A stretch of 59,933 bases of DNA, taken from an uncultured bacterium. Its GTDB lineage: Bacteria > Hydrothermota > Hydrothermia > LBFQ01. The notes beneath the pieces were generated by a model, which did no database searches, was not told the DNA's origin, and worked only from the letters and a program-made list of their open reading frames with translations. Both the position numbers and the translations under genes were made by a program. Below are positions 46,079 through 56,591 of this stretch, piece after piece. Positions within the stretch are counted from its first letter, which is position 1. Each line of letters opens with the position of its first letter. The stretch lies in the NCBI GenBank assembly GCA_964473735.1, contig CAYYQD010000004.1:1-59933 (forward strand), given 5' to 3'.

Positions 46079-46657
46079 ATGCCCCTGAGTAAAGGGGAGA
46101 AGAGGATCCTGCTGGACGTCGCCCACTCCGCCATATCGCGGGCCTTTAGAGGGGACTTTACACCTCCTCCGCTGGAAGGGATACCCCCGAGTCTGCTGGA
46201 GTACGGGGCGAGCTTCGTCACCCTAACGAAGAACGGACGGCTTAGGGGGTGTATAGGTAGCGTTGAGGCCTACCGCCCCCTGATACTTGACGTGCATTAC
46301 AACGCCTTAGCCGCCGCCTTCCGGGACCCCCGCTTTCCCCCTCTGACCCCTGAGGAGTGGCCCCATACGGAGGTTGAGGTAAGCGTACTTTCCGAGCCTG
46401 AGGTTTTACCCTACGAGGATGTTGAAGACCTTGTACGTAAGTTGCGACCGGACATGGGCCTGATACTGGAACATCCGAACGGGAGGGCAACCTTCCTGCC
46501 CCAGGTCTGGGAGAAGATACCGGATCCCCTTACCTTCCTGACCGAGCTGTCCTACAAGGCCGGCCTCCATCCCTCGGTCTATAACGACCCCCGTACCGTG
46601 GTGAAGTACTACACGGTGGAAAAGTTCACCCGTCGGGACCTTGAAGGTTCAGATTGA
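46079..46657 (+). CDS. amrA: AMMECR1-domain protein (AmmeMemoRadiSam system protein A)
   Basis: SFVTL...LRGCIGS, AAFRDPRF, EVSVL, ATFLPQVW, KAG. Confidence 0.9.
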   Translation: MPLSKGEKRILLDVAHSAISRAFRGDFTPPPLEGIPPSLLEYGASFVTLTKNGRLRGCIGSVEAYRPLILDVHYNALAAAFRDPRFPPLTPEEWPHTEVEVSVLSEPEVLPYEDVEDLVRKLRPDMGLILEHPNGRATFLPQVWEKIPDPLTFLTELSYKAGLHPSVYNDPRTVVKYYTVEKFTRRDLEGSD

Positions 46658-47371
46658 ACCCCGCACGAAGTTAAGGACGTCCCTCCAGTCCCTGTAAAGG
46701 GCCCGGTAAGTTTCGGCCGAGGAGAAAACCCCGATTAAGGTTGATAGGGCGGTATCGGAGATGGCCCCGGGATTCAGGAGGTTCTCCATGGCGAACAGGT
46801 AGGCCTCGTACCAGTCCATCCTCTCTATGAGGGTGTCGCCCTCGGGGAGGTACCGGACTATGAACACCCGTTTGAGCGGAACCGGAGGTGAGGGGGAGAG
46901 CGAGGGGATGGAGGGGTCAACCGGTAGCGTAGGGTAGAGGAGACCGTCCCCGATGCCAACGGAGGCCATGTCGTCGGACAGGTAGCGGTACCCGGAACGC
47001 ACGAAACCCCTCAGTACCGTACTCTTTCCCCACGCGTGGTACCCCAAGAACACCGTTCCACCCCCACCGTCCGATACGGCGCTGGCGTGGAAGAGGGCGA
47101 ACCGCTTGGTGTTGGGGCCGTAATAGTTCCTCAAGGCCCGACCGAAGAAGGAGGCCACCTTTAAGGGATTCTCCGGCCTGACGTGTATTACCCCGTTGGT
47201 GGGGAGGAACTCGTTCCTGTGGGACGGGGAGACGCACACGGTGCGCGCGCACTCGCACGGGTAGTACGACGAGATCTCTTTAACCAACTTCAGATGGGGG
47301 GCGAGGGAAGGGGGATGCCGAAGTAGGATGTGGGAGTCGTATATACCTATCCCGAGCTCCATCCTACCCAC
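46649..47371 (-). CDS. HPr kinase-related P-loop protein
   Basis: FHASAV, GYHAWGKST, YLSDD. Confidence 0.7.
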   Translation of the reverse strand: MGRMELGIGIYDSHILLRHPPSLAPHLKLVKEISSYYPCECARTVCVSPSHRNEFLPTNGVIHVRPENPLKVASFFGRALRNYYGPNTKRFALFHASAVSDGGGGTVFLGYHAWGKSTVLRGFVRSGYRYLSDDMASVGIGDGLLYPTLPVDPSIPSLSPSPPVPLKRVFIVRYLPEGDTLIERMDWYEAYLFAMENLLNPGAISDTALSTLIGVFSSAETYRALYRDWRDVLNFVRGSI

Positions 47372-48293
47372 CTATCCTGTTGGTTAGGGTACCGTACCCT
47401 ACCAGCTCAAGGGTTATTACGTCTCCCCTTTTGAGGTACCTTCCTATCTCAACCCCGCAGGACCCCGGTACGGTCCCGGTCCCCATAAGCTCCCCCGGGT
47501 AGAGCGTCTCCTCAAGACCGGCGTAGGCCACCATATCCCGGGGGTGATGTTGCGCTCCCCTCGTCGTGGATTCGGACACCTTCTCGCCGTTTATATACAC
47601 CCTGACGGTCAGACTTTCAAATTCGGTGAGAATCTCCGACGCCGGTATCACGAAGGTGGAGATGGACGTAGCGAAGTTCTTGGCCTTCACCACGGGCCCG
47701 AAGGGACTACCGTAGAACTCCTCTACCTGCATGTCCCGCGCGGTGAAGTCGTTGAGGAGTACGAATCCCCCTATCATACCCTCCGCCTCCTCCGGTGATG
47801 GGTTCCTGCCCCCCCGCACCATCACCAGACCCAGCTCCAGCTCGTAGTCAAGGTAGCGGGTGTAGGAGGGATAGGGAATAACGTCCCCGTCGGTGTAGAA
47901 CTGCAGGTGGTTCCCGACGTAATAGACGGGCCTTTCGTAGAACATCCGGGGAGGTCTAAGGATCCTGTCCGCACCCGGAAGGGACAGAAGACGGTATAGG
48001 AAAGGGCGAAAGGTCCTTATCAGGCCGAGTTTGGCCTGAACGTAGTGCCTCTCCCAGAGCATAAAGTCCCTGAAGGATAGGGGGCGGAAAGGGATAAGGG
48101 GGCGGCCCTTTATAGGCTCAACGTCCTTTAACCCCCTCTCAACCCTCTCTTTAACCCCCTCCCAGTCCCGTAGAAGAGCGAGGAGGTCGTCGGAGTACTG
48201 ACCCAAGCCTAAGATCTCCACGGGTACCCACCCCTCCCCCTTCATTACGGCGACCGACACCCCGTCTTTGAACCTTACCCTACCTAACTTCAC
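47364..48293 (-). CDS. Fumarylacetoacetate hydrolase family protein
   Basis: SFRDFM..E.H, LDYELELG, NDFTARD, KAKNF, GTGT. Confidence 0.9.
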   Translation of the reverse strand: MKLGRVRFKDGVSVAVMKGEGWVPVEILGLGQYSDDLLALLRDWEGVKERVERGLKDVEPIKGRPLIPFRPLSFRDFMLWERHYVQAKLGLIRTFRPFLYRLLSLPGADRILRPPRMFYERPVYYVGNHLQFYTDGDVIPYPSYTRYLDYELELGLVMVRGGRNPSPEEAEGMIGGFVLLNDFTARDMQVEEFYGSPFGPVVKAKNFATSISTFVIPASEILTEFESLTVRVYINGEKVSESTTRGAQHHPRDMVAYAGLEETLYPGELMGTGTVPGSCGVEIGRYLKRGDVITLELVGYGTLTNRIGG

Positions 48294-49104
48294 CGAAGAC
48301 CTCCTTTAGGAACTCCCTTAGATGGCGGTTGAACTCCTCCGGATTTTCTATAGGGGAGCTGTGCCCCGCCTCAGGTATCACCACCAACCTACTACCCTCT
48401 ATCGCCCGGTGCATCTGCAGTGCCTCCTCGTACGGCCTCGCCCTGTCCTCCTCTCCCACGACTATCAGGGTGGGAACCTTTATCCTCCCCAGCTCCCGGG
48501 TGAAGTCCGGACGGTTGAATATGGCCCACGCCGTGTGGATCAGGGCATCCCTCCTCCTCCTGTCCCGGGACCACTCCATCCACTTCCTTTCGTACTCCTT
48601 TACGAAGGGTTTGTCCATAGAGTGGGGGGAGAAGAGGGCTCGCTTTATACCGTTGGATACCGCCGAGGGGCCGACCACCCTGAAGGCCATGGCCATCAGA
48701 GACCACACGAGTTTCTTCGTGAGCTTCTCCTTAGTGGCTCCGGTCTCGGCCAGGACCACCCCCCTAACCAGGTCGGGGTTTCTGGCCGCCAGTCTCATCC
48801 CCACGAATCCCCCCATGGACACCCCAACCCACACGCACGGATTCTCTCTACATCCGAAGGCCTTAAGTAGGTCCACGGCGTCCCTGTACAGGTCCTCTAT
48901 ACCGTACCCACACGGTACGGCCTCGCTCCGTCCCTGTCCCCTCCAGTCAAAGGCTACGCACCGGTACTCTCCGGAGAACTCCTCCATCTGATAGCGGAAG
49001 AGCCCGGAATCCAGCAAAAAGCCGTGGGAGAACACCACTGTACGCTCCCCCTCTCCTCTCTCCTCGTAGTAATACTGTGCGCTTCTTACGTTTAAATAAG
49101 GCAC
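48280..49104 (-). CDS. Alpha/beta fold hydrolase
   Basis: HG, DWRGQGRS, GVSMGG, GEED, AGHS; start reassigned to GTG 49104 after TATAAT. Confidence 0.9.
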   Translation of the reverse strand: MPYLNVRSAQYYYEERGEGERTVVFSHGFLLDSGLFRYQMEEFSGEYRCVAFDWRGQGRSEAVPCGYGIEDLYRDAVDLLKAFGCRENPCVWVGVSMGGFVGMRLAARNPDLVRGVVLAETGATKEKLTKKLVWSLMAMAFRVVGPSAVSNGIKRALFSPHSMDKPFVKEYERKWMEWSRDRRRRDALIHTAWAIFNRPDFTRELGRIKVPTLIVVGEEDRARPYEEALQMHRAIEGSRLVVIPEAGHSSPIENPEEFNRHLREFLKEVFGEVR

Positions 49105-49172
49105 GACCGCCATTATAGAGGCGATGCCTCCGTTCCGATACACTGCGGCATCCGGAGGTAAAATAACCTCCC

Positions 49173-50003
49173 GTGATAGGTCTCATAGGTTCTACGGGTA
49201 CTCTGGGTAGGGCCCTGAAGGAGCTCCTCCCGATCCTCAAGTTCCACTCCCGGAGGGACTTTGACCTCAGACGCCTGAGGGATGCGGAGAGGTACCTGCG
49301 CGGGTTCTTAAGGGACCTGAAGTTCGTTATAAACGCTGCAGCCTATACGGACGTAGACGGCGCGGAGAGGAACAGGGTGGAGGCTACCCTGGTAAACGCC
49401 GACTTTCCCAAAGTGCTGGCCAGGGTGAGCAGGGATATGGGGGTTAGGCTGGTCCACGTATCCACCGACTACGTCTTTGACGGTAGGGTGGGCTTTTACT
49501 ACGAGGACGACCACCCCCAACCCCTTGGCGTATACGGTAAGAGCAAGCTCCTCGGGGAGAGGTACGTACTTGAGGAGAATCCGGACGCTATAGTTATAAG
49601 GACCTCATGGTTATTCGGGCCCGGGGGCAGGAACTTCTTCAGCAGGCTACCGGCCATGCTCCTCAGGGGTGAGAGGATTCACGCCCACGACCGTCAGGTA
49701 TCCTCCCCGACCTACGCCCCCTTCTTAGCGAGGGTAATATTTGAGATGATAGAGGGAGACGTCCCCGGAGGGATATACCATATAACGGGGAGGACACCCA
49801 TAACCCCCTTTCAGGCCGCCGTACTTCTGGCGGACGACCTCAACTCCCCGTCGGAGATAGTCAGGTACGACCCCGGAACATCCATGGGGATAAGGCCCCG
49901 GGTCTCCGTCCTCCTGTCCTCGCGCTACAGGTACGCTCCCCCCTCCTTCCTGACCTGTATGAGGGACTACGTGGAGAGACTGCGCACCGCTCCTCCGGTG
50001 TAA
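49173..50003 (+). CDS. rfbD: dTDP-4-dehydrorhamnose reductase
   Basis: GSTGTLG, NAAAYTDVD, STDYVFDG, YGKSK, RTSW. Confidence 0.92.
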   Translation: MIGLIGSTGTLGRALKELLPILKFHSRRDFDLRRLRDAERYLRGFLRDLKFVINAAAYTDVDGAERNRVEATLVNADFPKVLARVSRDMGVRLVHVSTDYVFDGRVGFYYEDDHPQPLGVYGKSKLLGERYVLEENPDAIVIRTSWLFGPGGRNFFSRLPAMLLRGERIHAHDRQVSSPTYAPFLARVIFEMIEGDVPGGIYHITGRTPITPFQAAVLLADDLNSPSEIVRYDPGTSMGIRPRVSVLLSSRYRYAPPSFLTCMRDYVERLRTAPPV

Positions 50004-50013
50004 AATCCCCTCC

Positions 50014-50991
50014 ATGATAGAGAACATAAGGAAGTTCCCGGAGATGCTCAGATACACCCCGGAGGTCTCGGGGCGACTTCACGAGTACCGTGGGGGTAAA
50101 ATAGTCGTAATGGGGATGGGAGGATCGGCCGCTGCCGGAGACTTCTTCGCCGACTGGACGGGGTTGGACGTCAGGACGGTGAGGCATTACGACCTTCCCG
50201 CCTTCTACGGTGAGGGAGATACCTTCATCGCCGTGAGCTACTCCGGGAATACGGAGGAGACCCTCTCCGCCTACAGACAGGCCGTGGATAGGGGGATGAC
50301 CGGTTTCGTGATAACTACGGGAGGGAAGTTAGGGGAGATGGCCAAAGCGGACGGGGTGCCGGTTCTGTTCGTCCCCGAGGGGTACCAGCCGAGGGAGGCC
50401 TTCGGGTACCTTCTGAAGGCTCTGGTATTCGGGGCCAAGGAGATGGGGATGGTGTCGGACGAGGCCTACGGAGAGTTTCTCAAGGCGGTTGAATCGCTCC
50501 CCAGGTACGGGGAGGAGCTGGGAGGGGGAGATTCCCCGACGTACGAGGTAGCCAGCCACATATACCGCAGGATCCCCATGATATACTCCGATGCCCACAT
50601 TCACTCCGTCGCCGTCAGGTGGAAGAACCAGATAAACGAGAACTCCAACGCCTTCGCCCACGTTATGCCCTTCCCCGAGCACAACCACAACGAGATAGAG
50701 GGGTTTGACCATCCGGAGTTCTTAGACACCAGAGCGTGGCTCCTCTTCCTGAAGACGGACTACGACCACCCGAGGGTCAGACTGCGCATGGAGATAGTTG
50801 AGGACGTTCTAAGGGACTACGTCCTGGGGTCTTACAGCGTCGTGGCGAAGGGGGAGAGCAGGGTGGAGCAGATGCTGTATCTGGTGTGGTTCGGGGACTT
50901 CGTATCCTACTGGCTCACGGTGGAGTACGGAGGAGACCCCTACAGGATTGACAGAATAAAGAGGTTAAAGGAAACTCTATCCCGCAGATGA
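50014..50991 (+). CDS. Bifunctional phosphoglucose/phosphomannose isomerase
   Basis: GMGGS, SYSGNTEET, QPR, RWKNQINEN, PEHNHNE. Confidence 0.92.
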   Translation: MIENIRKFPEMLRYTPEVSGRLHEYRGGKIVVMGMGGSAAAGDFFADWTGLDVRTVRHYDLPAFYGEGDTFIAVSYSGNTEETLSAYRQAVDRGMTGFVITTGGKLGEMAKADGVPVLFVPEGYQPREAFGYLLKALVFGAKEMGMVSDEAYGEFLKAVESLPRYGEELGGGDSPTYEVASHIYRRIPMIYSDAHIHSVAVRWKNQINENSNAFAHVMPFPEHNHNEIEGFDHPEFLDTRAWLLFLKTDYDHPRVRLRMEIVEDVLRDYVLGSYSVVAKGESRVEQMLYLVWFGDFVSYWLTVEYGGDPYRIDRIKRLKETLSRR

Positions 50992-51890
50992 GGTTTGATA
51001 GAACCGTAGGTCAGGAAGTCGCCAAGAGGGTACTGGGTAGGTTGTCGGATTACGGGAACCTCCCCACCCTCATGCTCGTGGGACCCGAGGGGGTGGGCAA
51101 GGCGACCCTCGCTTACGAGTTCGTTGAGCTCTTAGCGGAGGGGAAGGGGTTAGGTCAGAAGGTCAGGAGCCTGACCTGTCAGGACCTCGTATTCCTCTCC
51201 CCTGTCCCTCCGGTACCGGGTAAGCCGAGACCCGACGACTTCTACGACACCCGGGCGACCATAGGGATAAACCGAATACGCTCCGTTAAGGGAGAGGTGG
51301 TGAAGCCCCCGGTAGCCCTTGACAGGAGGGTAGTGGTTATAATGAACGTGGAGAACGCCACGGTTGAAGCCCAGAACTCCATGCTGAAGCTCCTTGAGGA
51401 GGGATGGAGACGCACCCTCTTCCTCCTCATCGTATCCAACCCCCACAGGGTACTACCCACCATCAGGTCTCGTGCCCTTAAGGTACGGCTATCTCCCCTG
51501 CCCTATTCCGACTTCGTGAAGGTGGTGGGGAAGGAGGACCCCATCCTGTACGAAGCCTCTGGCCACAGCCCGGGGGTAGCCCTCCGGATACTCTCAAAGG
51601 TCAGGGATTACCGTACGGTAATAAAGACGTGGAAGGAGTACGCTCTGGGCAGCAAGGTGGCCACCCACTCCCTCCTTGAGGCCCTTGATAACGGGGGGAT
51701 TCTGGTGCTGAGACTCGGATACTACGCCCTAAGAGAGCTCTACAGAGACGGCGCAATAACCCACCGGAGGTTCAAAAGGATGTACGAGGCCATAAGGGAC
51801 ACCGAGGAGGGATACCGCAGGTACCTACCGTCCCCCTTCCTTCACCTTCTATCGGTATGGACCCCGGAGTACTCAACGGTTGAGCCTTAG
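50988..51890 (+). CDS. holB: DNA polymerase III delta' subunit-like clamp loader protein
   Basis: GPEGVGKA, AQNSMLKLLEE, LPTIRSR; no obvious Zn finger. Confidence 0.8.
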   Translation: MRFDRTVGQEVAKRVLGRLSDYGNLPTLMLVGPEGVGKATLAYEFVELLAEGKGLGQKVRSLTCQDLVFLSPVPPVPGKPRPDDFYDTRATIGINRIRSVKGEVVKPPVALDRRVVVIMNVENATVEAQNSMLKLLEEGWRRTLFLLIVSNPHRVLPTIRSRALKVRLSPLPYSDFVKVVGKEDPILYEASGHSPGVALRILSKVRDYRTVIKTWKEYALGSKVATHSLLEALDNGGILVLRLGYYALRELYRDGAITHRRFKRMYEAIRDTEEGYRRYLPSPFLHLLSVWTPEYSTVEP

Positions 51891-52627
51891 CGGAGGTTCA
51901 ACCTCTTAAAGATGGGCTCGGGTATGGCCCTGATGATCCCCATTATCACACCCCAGTACCACGGGGTATAGACGACGTCCCCTCCCCTCTCCATGGCCCT
52001 GACGATGTCCCGGGCGACCCTCTCCGGCTTAGAGACCAACCGTTTCGGCAGGTTGAGGTGGGCGGTCATGGGGGTATCCACGAAGCCCGGCTTAATAGTA
52101 ATTACCCGTATTCCCTTCCGAAAGAGCCGATTTCGTAGTCCGCTTAAGTATATGCTCAAACCCCCCTTGGCACTCCCGTAAGGGAAGTTGCTTCCCCTAC
52201 CCCTGTCCCCGGCGACGGAGGATATGGCGGCTATTACGCCCTTACCCCTTTCCTCCATGTACGGCACGATGTGCGTCAGGATGGAGACCGCTCCCAAGTA
52301 GTTTATCTCAACTATCTTACGGGCTTCGTTGAAGTCCCTCACGGCTCTCTCCTGATCCCCCAGGTACCCGAAGGCTATGAGGACCCGGTCTATCTCCCCC
52401 ATCCTCTCAAGGACACGCCCCACGAAGGGGCCGTGGGAGTCGTAATCCGTCGCATCAAAGCGGTCCGCGTAGGCTTTTACCCCGTACTTTATCTTAAGAT
52501 GTGAGGCAAAACGCTCCGTCTCCTCGTAATTCCTGCTCGCCAGATAGAGAGTGTCCCCCCTTTGCGCTAAGATCTCCGCCACCGCCCGGGCTATGGCGGA
52601 GTTGGAGCCGAGTATGAGGGTCTTCAT
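51887..52627 (-). CDS. Short-chain dehydrogenase (DprE2-like)
   Basis: ILGSNSAIA, SSVAGDRGR, YGSAK, KPGFVDTPMT; start reassigned to ATG 52627. Confidence 0.85.
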   Translation of the reverse strand: MKTLILGSNSAIARAVAEILAQRGDTLYLASRNYEETERFASHLKIKYGVKAYADRFDATDYDSHGPFVGRVLERMGEIDRVLIAFGYLGDQERAVRDFNEARKIVEINYLGAVSILTHIVPYMEERGKGVIAAISSVAGDRGRGSNFPYGSAKGGLSIYLSGLRNRLFRKGIRVITIKPGFVDTPMTAHLNLPKRLVSKPERVARDIVRAMERGGDVVYTPWYWGVIMGIIRAIPEPIFKRLNLR

Positions 52628-52634
52628 GGTTGGG

Positions 52635-52720
52635 ATTTTAAGCCGGTGAGATTGCGGGTGCGTTTTCCTAAAACTCTGTACGCCTACGCTCCACCACGTG
52701 GAGGCCTTCCCACGTATAAT
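52635..52720. promoter_or_regulatory. Divergent leaderless -10 elements (SDR / aminotransferase)
   Basis: TAAAAT (minus, 52640-52635) and TATAAT (plus, 52715-52720). Confidence 0.65.
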
Positions 52721-52729
52721 CTTCGGATT

Positions 52730-53809
52730 ATGCATAAAAAGCTGTTCCTGCCGGGGCCGGTTGAGGTGTTGGATGAGGTTTTAAAACAACAGGCGCGCCC
52801 GCTCATAGGACACAGGAGTAAGGAGTTCTCCCAGCTCTACGAAGGTGTCGTAGAGAAGCTCAAGAGGCTCTTCAACACGGAGTATTACGCCTTCGTCTTC
52901 ACGTCTTCGGGGACGGGGGTGCTGGAGGGCTTCATAAGGAACTTCGTCAGGAAGAGGGTTCTCATACCGGTGAACGGCTCCTTCTCAAAGAGGTGGGTTG
53001 AGGCTGCGCACCTGAACGGTAAAGAGGTAAAGGCTCTGGAGTTTGAGTGGGGTAAGGCCGTCCGCCCGGACGTGGTGGCAGAAGAGCTGAAGAGGGGAGA
53101 GTACGACGCCCTGATGGTGGTGCATAACGAGTCCTCAACGGGACTGACCAACCCCCTTAAAGAGATAGCCGAAGCGGTCCGGGGTGTATCGCCCGACACC
53201 TTGGTTCTGGTGGACGCTGTCAGCGGCATGCTGGGGGTACCCCTTGAGCTGGAGGGATGGGGTGTGGATGCCGTAGCGGCGAGCGTTCAGAAGGCCTTCG
53301 GCCTCCCACCCGGTATAGCAGTGGCCTACGTCAGCCCCCGGGCGATGGAGAGGTCTAAAGGGATTGAGAACCGTGGTATGTACTTCAACTTTGAGAGGAT
53401 GCTGGACTACTACAACAAGAAGCGCCAGACTCCGTTCACCCCTAACGTATCCCTCATGTACGCCCTTGATTACCAGCTGGACCGTATCCTCGCCGAGGGT
53501 ATGGAGAACCGGTACGAGAGACACCGGAGGATGGCCGAGATGACCCAGAGGTGGGCCCTTGAGAGGTTTGACATGTTCCCGGAGAGGGGGTACTGGTCCC
53601 GTACCATAACCTGCGTTAAGAACACCCGCGGGATACCCGTGGCCGAGCTCATAGAGGAGCTGGGGAGACGGGGGTACGCCATAGCCAACGGGTACGGCCC
53701 TCTTAAGGAGAAGACCTTCCGCATAGGCCACATGGGGGACCTGACCGAAGGGGACCTCGCCGACCTCTTAGCCACCATGGACGAGGTCATCAAGGAGAGG
53801 GGGTGGTAG
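52730..53809 (+). CDS. Class V PLP aminotransferase (serine/alanine-glyoxylate type)
   Basis: [42 protein letters not shown]; start at ATG 52730. Confidence 0.92.
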   Translation: MHKKLFLPGPVEVLDEVLKQQARPLIGHRSKEFSQLYEGVVEKLKRLFNTEYYAFVFTSSGTGVLEGFIRNFVRKRVLIPVNGSFSKRWVEAAHLNGKEVKALEFEWGKAVRPDVVAEELKRGEYDALMVVHNESSTGLTNPLKEIAEAVRGVSPDTLVLVDAVSGMLGVPLELEGWGVDAVAASVQKAFGLPPGIAVAYVSPRAMERSKGIENRGMYFNFERMLDYYNKKRQTPFTPNVSLMYALDYQLDRILAEGMENRYERHRRMAEMTQRWALERFDMFPERGYWSRTITCVKNTRGIPVAELIEELGRRGYAIANGYGPLKEKTFRIGHMGDLTEGDLADLLATMDEVIKERGW

Positions 53810-54813
53810 TGCGTCTGCCGAAGGCCTCGGAGATAGCGGAGGTGGTTGGGGGAGAGCTGGTAGGAGACGGGGAGTTCGCGCCCGATGGAATAGCCGAGTC
53901 CAAAGAGGCGGGCCCTAAAGACCTTACCGTATGGGACGGCAAGTCCCCCATATCGGAGGACGTGGGTGTAGTAATAGGGGTGAAGGAGCCCCCGGTCAGG
54001 TACAGGGCCTTCATCAGGGTAGGGGACTACAGGGAGGCTTTGGCCCGCCTCCTCTCTCACTTTGAGCCACCCCATCCCTTTGAGGGCGTGAGCCCGGCCG
54101 CCTTCGTTGAGGAGGGGGCCCGTATAGAGGAGGGGGCCGCCGTTGGACCCTTCGCCTACGTCTCCAGAGGCGCCGTCGTTGGCAGAGGGGCCGTAATCTA
54201 TCCCTTCGCGTACATCGGTCCGGAGGCGCGGATAGGGGAGGGTACGGTGGTGTATCCCTTCGCCTACGTCGGTTGGGGTGTGGAGGTCGGCAAGGGTTGC
54301 CTCATCCACCCCGGAGCCGTCATCGGGGCGGAGGGATTCGGCTTCGTCCCCTCCGAACGGGGCTGGATCCGGATCCCGCAGATAGGGAGGGTGCGGATAG
54401 GGAACGGGGTGCGGATAGGGGCGAACGCGACCGTAGATAGGGCCACCTTCTCCGAAACGGTCATCGGTGAGGGGAGCAAGATAGACAACCTGGTCCAGAT
54501 AGCCCACAACGTCCGCATAGGGAAGCACACGGTCATAGCCGCCCAGACGGGTATAGCGGGAGGGACCCGTATAGGATCCGGTGTGATATTCGGGGGGCAG
54601 GTGGGAGTGGCGGATCACGTGGAGGTGGGGGAAGGGGTAGTGGCGGCGGCCGGGTCCGGTATAAGCGGGAGCGTGCCACCGGGTAGGGTGCTGGCCGGGA
54701 AGATACCGGCGCGGGATAGGGGCAGGTTCAACCGGAGCGCCGTACTCTTCTACAGGCTCCCCGAGATATACGCACGCTTGCTGGAGCTTGAGAGGAAGCT
54801 GAAGGATAAATAG
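53803..54813 (+). CDS. lpxD: UDP-3-O-acyl-glucosamine N-acyltransferase
   Basis: Hexapeptide repeats, [32 protein letters not shown]. Confidence 0.93.
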   Translation: MVVRLPKASEIAEVVGGELVGDGEFAPDGIAESKEAGPKDLTVWDGKSPISEDVGVVIGVKEPPVRYRAFIRVGDYREALARLLSHFEPPHPFEGVSPAAFVEEGARIEEGAAVGPFAYVSRGAVVGRGAVIYPFAYIGPEARIGEGTVVYPFAYVGWGVEVGKGCLIHPGAVIGAEGFGFVPSERGWIRIPQIGRVRIGNGVRIGANATVDRATFSETVIGEGSKIDNLVQIAHNVRIGKHTVIAAQTGIAGGTRIGSGVIFGGQVGVADHVEVGEGVVAAAGSGISGSVPPGRVLAGKIPARDRGRFNRSAVLFYRLPEIYARLLELERKLKDK

Positions 54814-54857
54814 GCCCGGGTTGTAGAGGGTCGGTCTCCATCTTAAAATACCTTCCC

Positions 54858-55787
54858 ATGCCCTCAAACCTCTACGCCGTGATACTGGCCGGGGGAAGGT
54901 CCCGGAGGATAAAGTCCAGGGTCCCAAAGGTCTTCCACAGGGTATCCGGCAGGATGATGATAGAGTGGGTGATAGAGAGTACTATGGATCTGGGCCCGCG
55001 GAAGGTGGTGGTTGTCGGGAACTCCTCCAACCACACCCTCTTACGGGAGATAGCCTCACGGTACCCCAACGTATCCGTCATAGTGCAGGAGGTTCCCAGA
55101 GGTACGGGGGACGCGGTCCGGTACGCCGAAGGTGAGGTGCCAGAGGACTCTCTCCTCTACGTTGGGAGCGGAGACGCCCCCCTGATCCGCGGAAGCACCT
55201 TAAAGGAGATGTACCGCAAGATAACCTCCACGGGTGCGGACGCCGTGATACTGACGGCCGAGGTGCCGGACCCTTCAGGATACGGTAGGGTGATCCGGGA
55301 GGGGGACAGGTTCGTACGTATAGTGGAGGACAGGGACGCTACGGAGGAGGAACGTAGGATAAGGGAGGTAAACGCCGGATTCTATATGTTCCGTGCCGGT
55401 CCCCTATTTGAGGCCTTGAGGGGGCTCTCACCGGACAACGCCCAGGGGGAGTACTACCTTACGGACGTCTTCAACTTCATGGATAAGGTGGTGGTTCATA
55501 GGACGGAGGAGTACGAGGAGATCTTAGGCGTAAATACCCGTAGACAGCTGGCGAAGGTGGAGGAGATAATGCAGAGGAGGATACGTGGGAGGTGGATGGA
55601 CGAGGGGGTGACCTTCGTCTTGCCGGAGACCGTGTACGTTGAGTACTCCGTCCGCATAGGGCGGGACACGGTCATATACCCCAACGTTGCCCTGTTAGGG
55701 AATACGGAGATAGGGGAGGAGTGCGTGATAGGGCCCGGTCGCGTCCTCAGGGACGAAAAGGTGCCGGATGGGACGGTTCTCCTATGA
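54858..55787 (+). CDS. GlmU-like nucleotidyltransferase lacking most of the acetyltransferase domain
   Basis: LAGG.SRR.KS..PK, GTGDAV, GDAP, GYGR, NAQGEYYLTD, GVN; only 309 aa. Confidence 0.8.
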   Translation: MPSNLYAVILAGGRSRRIKSRVPKVFHRVSGRMMIEWVIESTMDLGPRKVVVVGNSSNHTLLREIASRYPNVSVIVQEVPRGTGDAVRYAEGEVPEDSLLYVGSGDAPLIRGSTLKEMYRKITSTGADAVILTAEVPDPSGYGRVIREGDRFVRIVEDRDATEEERRIREVNAGFYMFRAGPLFEALRGLSPDNAQGEYYLTDVFNFMDKVVVHRTEEYEEILGVNTRRQLAKVEEIMQRRIRGRWMDEGVTFVLPETVYVEYSVRIGRDTVIYPNVALLGNTEIGEECVIGPGRVLRDEKVPDGTVLL

Positions 55788-56560
55788 TAAATCTGGTCGG
55801 AATACCCTTTGAGACGGAGGCGAACTTCTTAAGGGGAGCGGCATTAGGGCCGGCTCACATCAGGTGGCACGCGTGGGGAATAGATCCGTACAGTCCCCTA
55901 CAGAAGGCCAAATCTCCGCCTTACAACGACTCAGGAGACCTATGGACGGACTTTGACCTCCCCCCAAAGGAAAGGCTGGAGCGCATAACCGTACGGATAA
56001 AGTCCCTCTTCGCCAGACACGACCCCAAGCGGGCACCCTACCTGTTCTTGGGTGGAGACCACACCGTGACGTGGGCCACGGCACGGGCCCTCAGGGACTG
56101 GATAGGTGAGTTTGCCATCCTGCATCTTGACGCCCACCTTGACCGCTGGGACGATTACGGAGGGAAGTTCTCCCACGCGACGGTCATGAGGAGGCTTGAG
56201 GAAGAGGGTTTCGTCGTGGGCACCTTCGGGTACAGGACGGTGGGGGAGCAGGAGTACGTTCCCCGATACGGGAGTATGTACGACCTCTCCGGCGCTCTGG
56301 ACTTCGTAGATAAGTACGGTAGGGTGTTCCTATCCCTTGACGTGGACGTTCTGGACCCTTCGGAGTTCCCCTGCGTGAGCAACCCGGAACCCATGGGTGT
56401 CAGGTTTCCCGGCCTCTTAAAACTACTCTACTCCCTCAAAGGTAGGTTGGTGGGGGCGGAGATGGTGGAGTATCTCCCCACGCTGGATCACTCTCACAGG
56501 TGCGGTAGCGTGGCCGCCGTACTCTTCAGGGAGATGTCCGTGCTCTTAAGCGGAAGGTAG
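55784..56560 (+). CDS. speB: Agmatinase/arginase family ureohydrolase
   Basis: GGDH, DAHLD, SHAT, SLDVDVLDP; ATG overlaps the upstream stop. Confidence 0.82.
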   Translation: MINLVGIPFETEANFLRGAALGPAHIRWHAWGIDPYSPLQKAKSPPYNDSGDLWTDFDLPPKERLERITVRIKSLFARHDPKRAPYLFLGGDHTVTWATARALRDWIGEFAILHLDAHLDRWDDYGGKFSHATVMRRLEEEGFVVGTFGYRTVGEQEYVPRYGSMYDLSGALDFVDKYGRVFLSLDVDVLDPSEFPCVSNPEPMGVRFPGLLKLLYSLKGRLVGAEMVEYLPTLDHSHRCGSVAAVLFREMSVLLSGR

Positions 56561-56591
56561 ATGGCGGTGGTGCGGCGTTAGAATATACACT

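Noticed and set aside
52646-52735. Longer upstream starts in the ORF track (7348, 17153, 34683, 36654, 49143, 52646, 52735, 55721)
   Set aside because: They overlap neighbouring genes or promoters; -10 position, stop-start coupling and family N-termini favour the shorter starts
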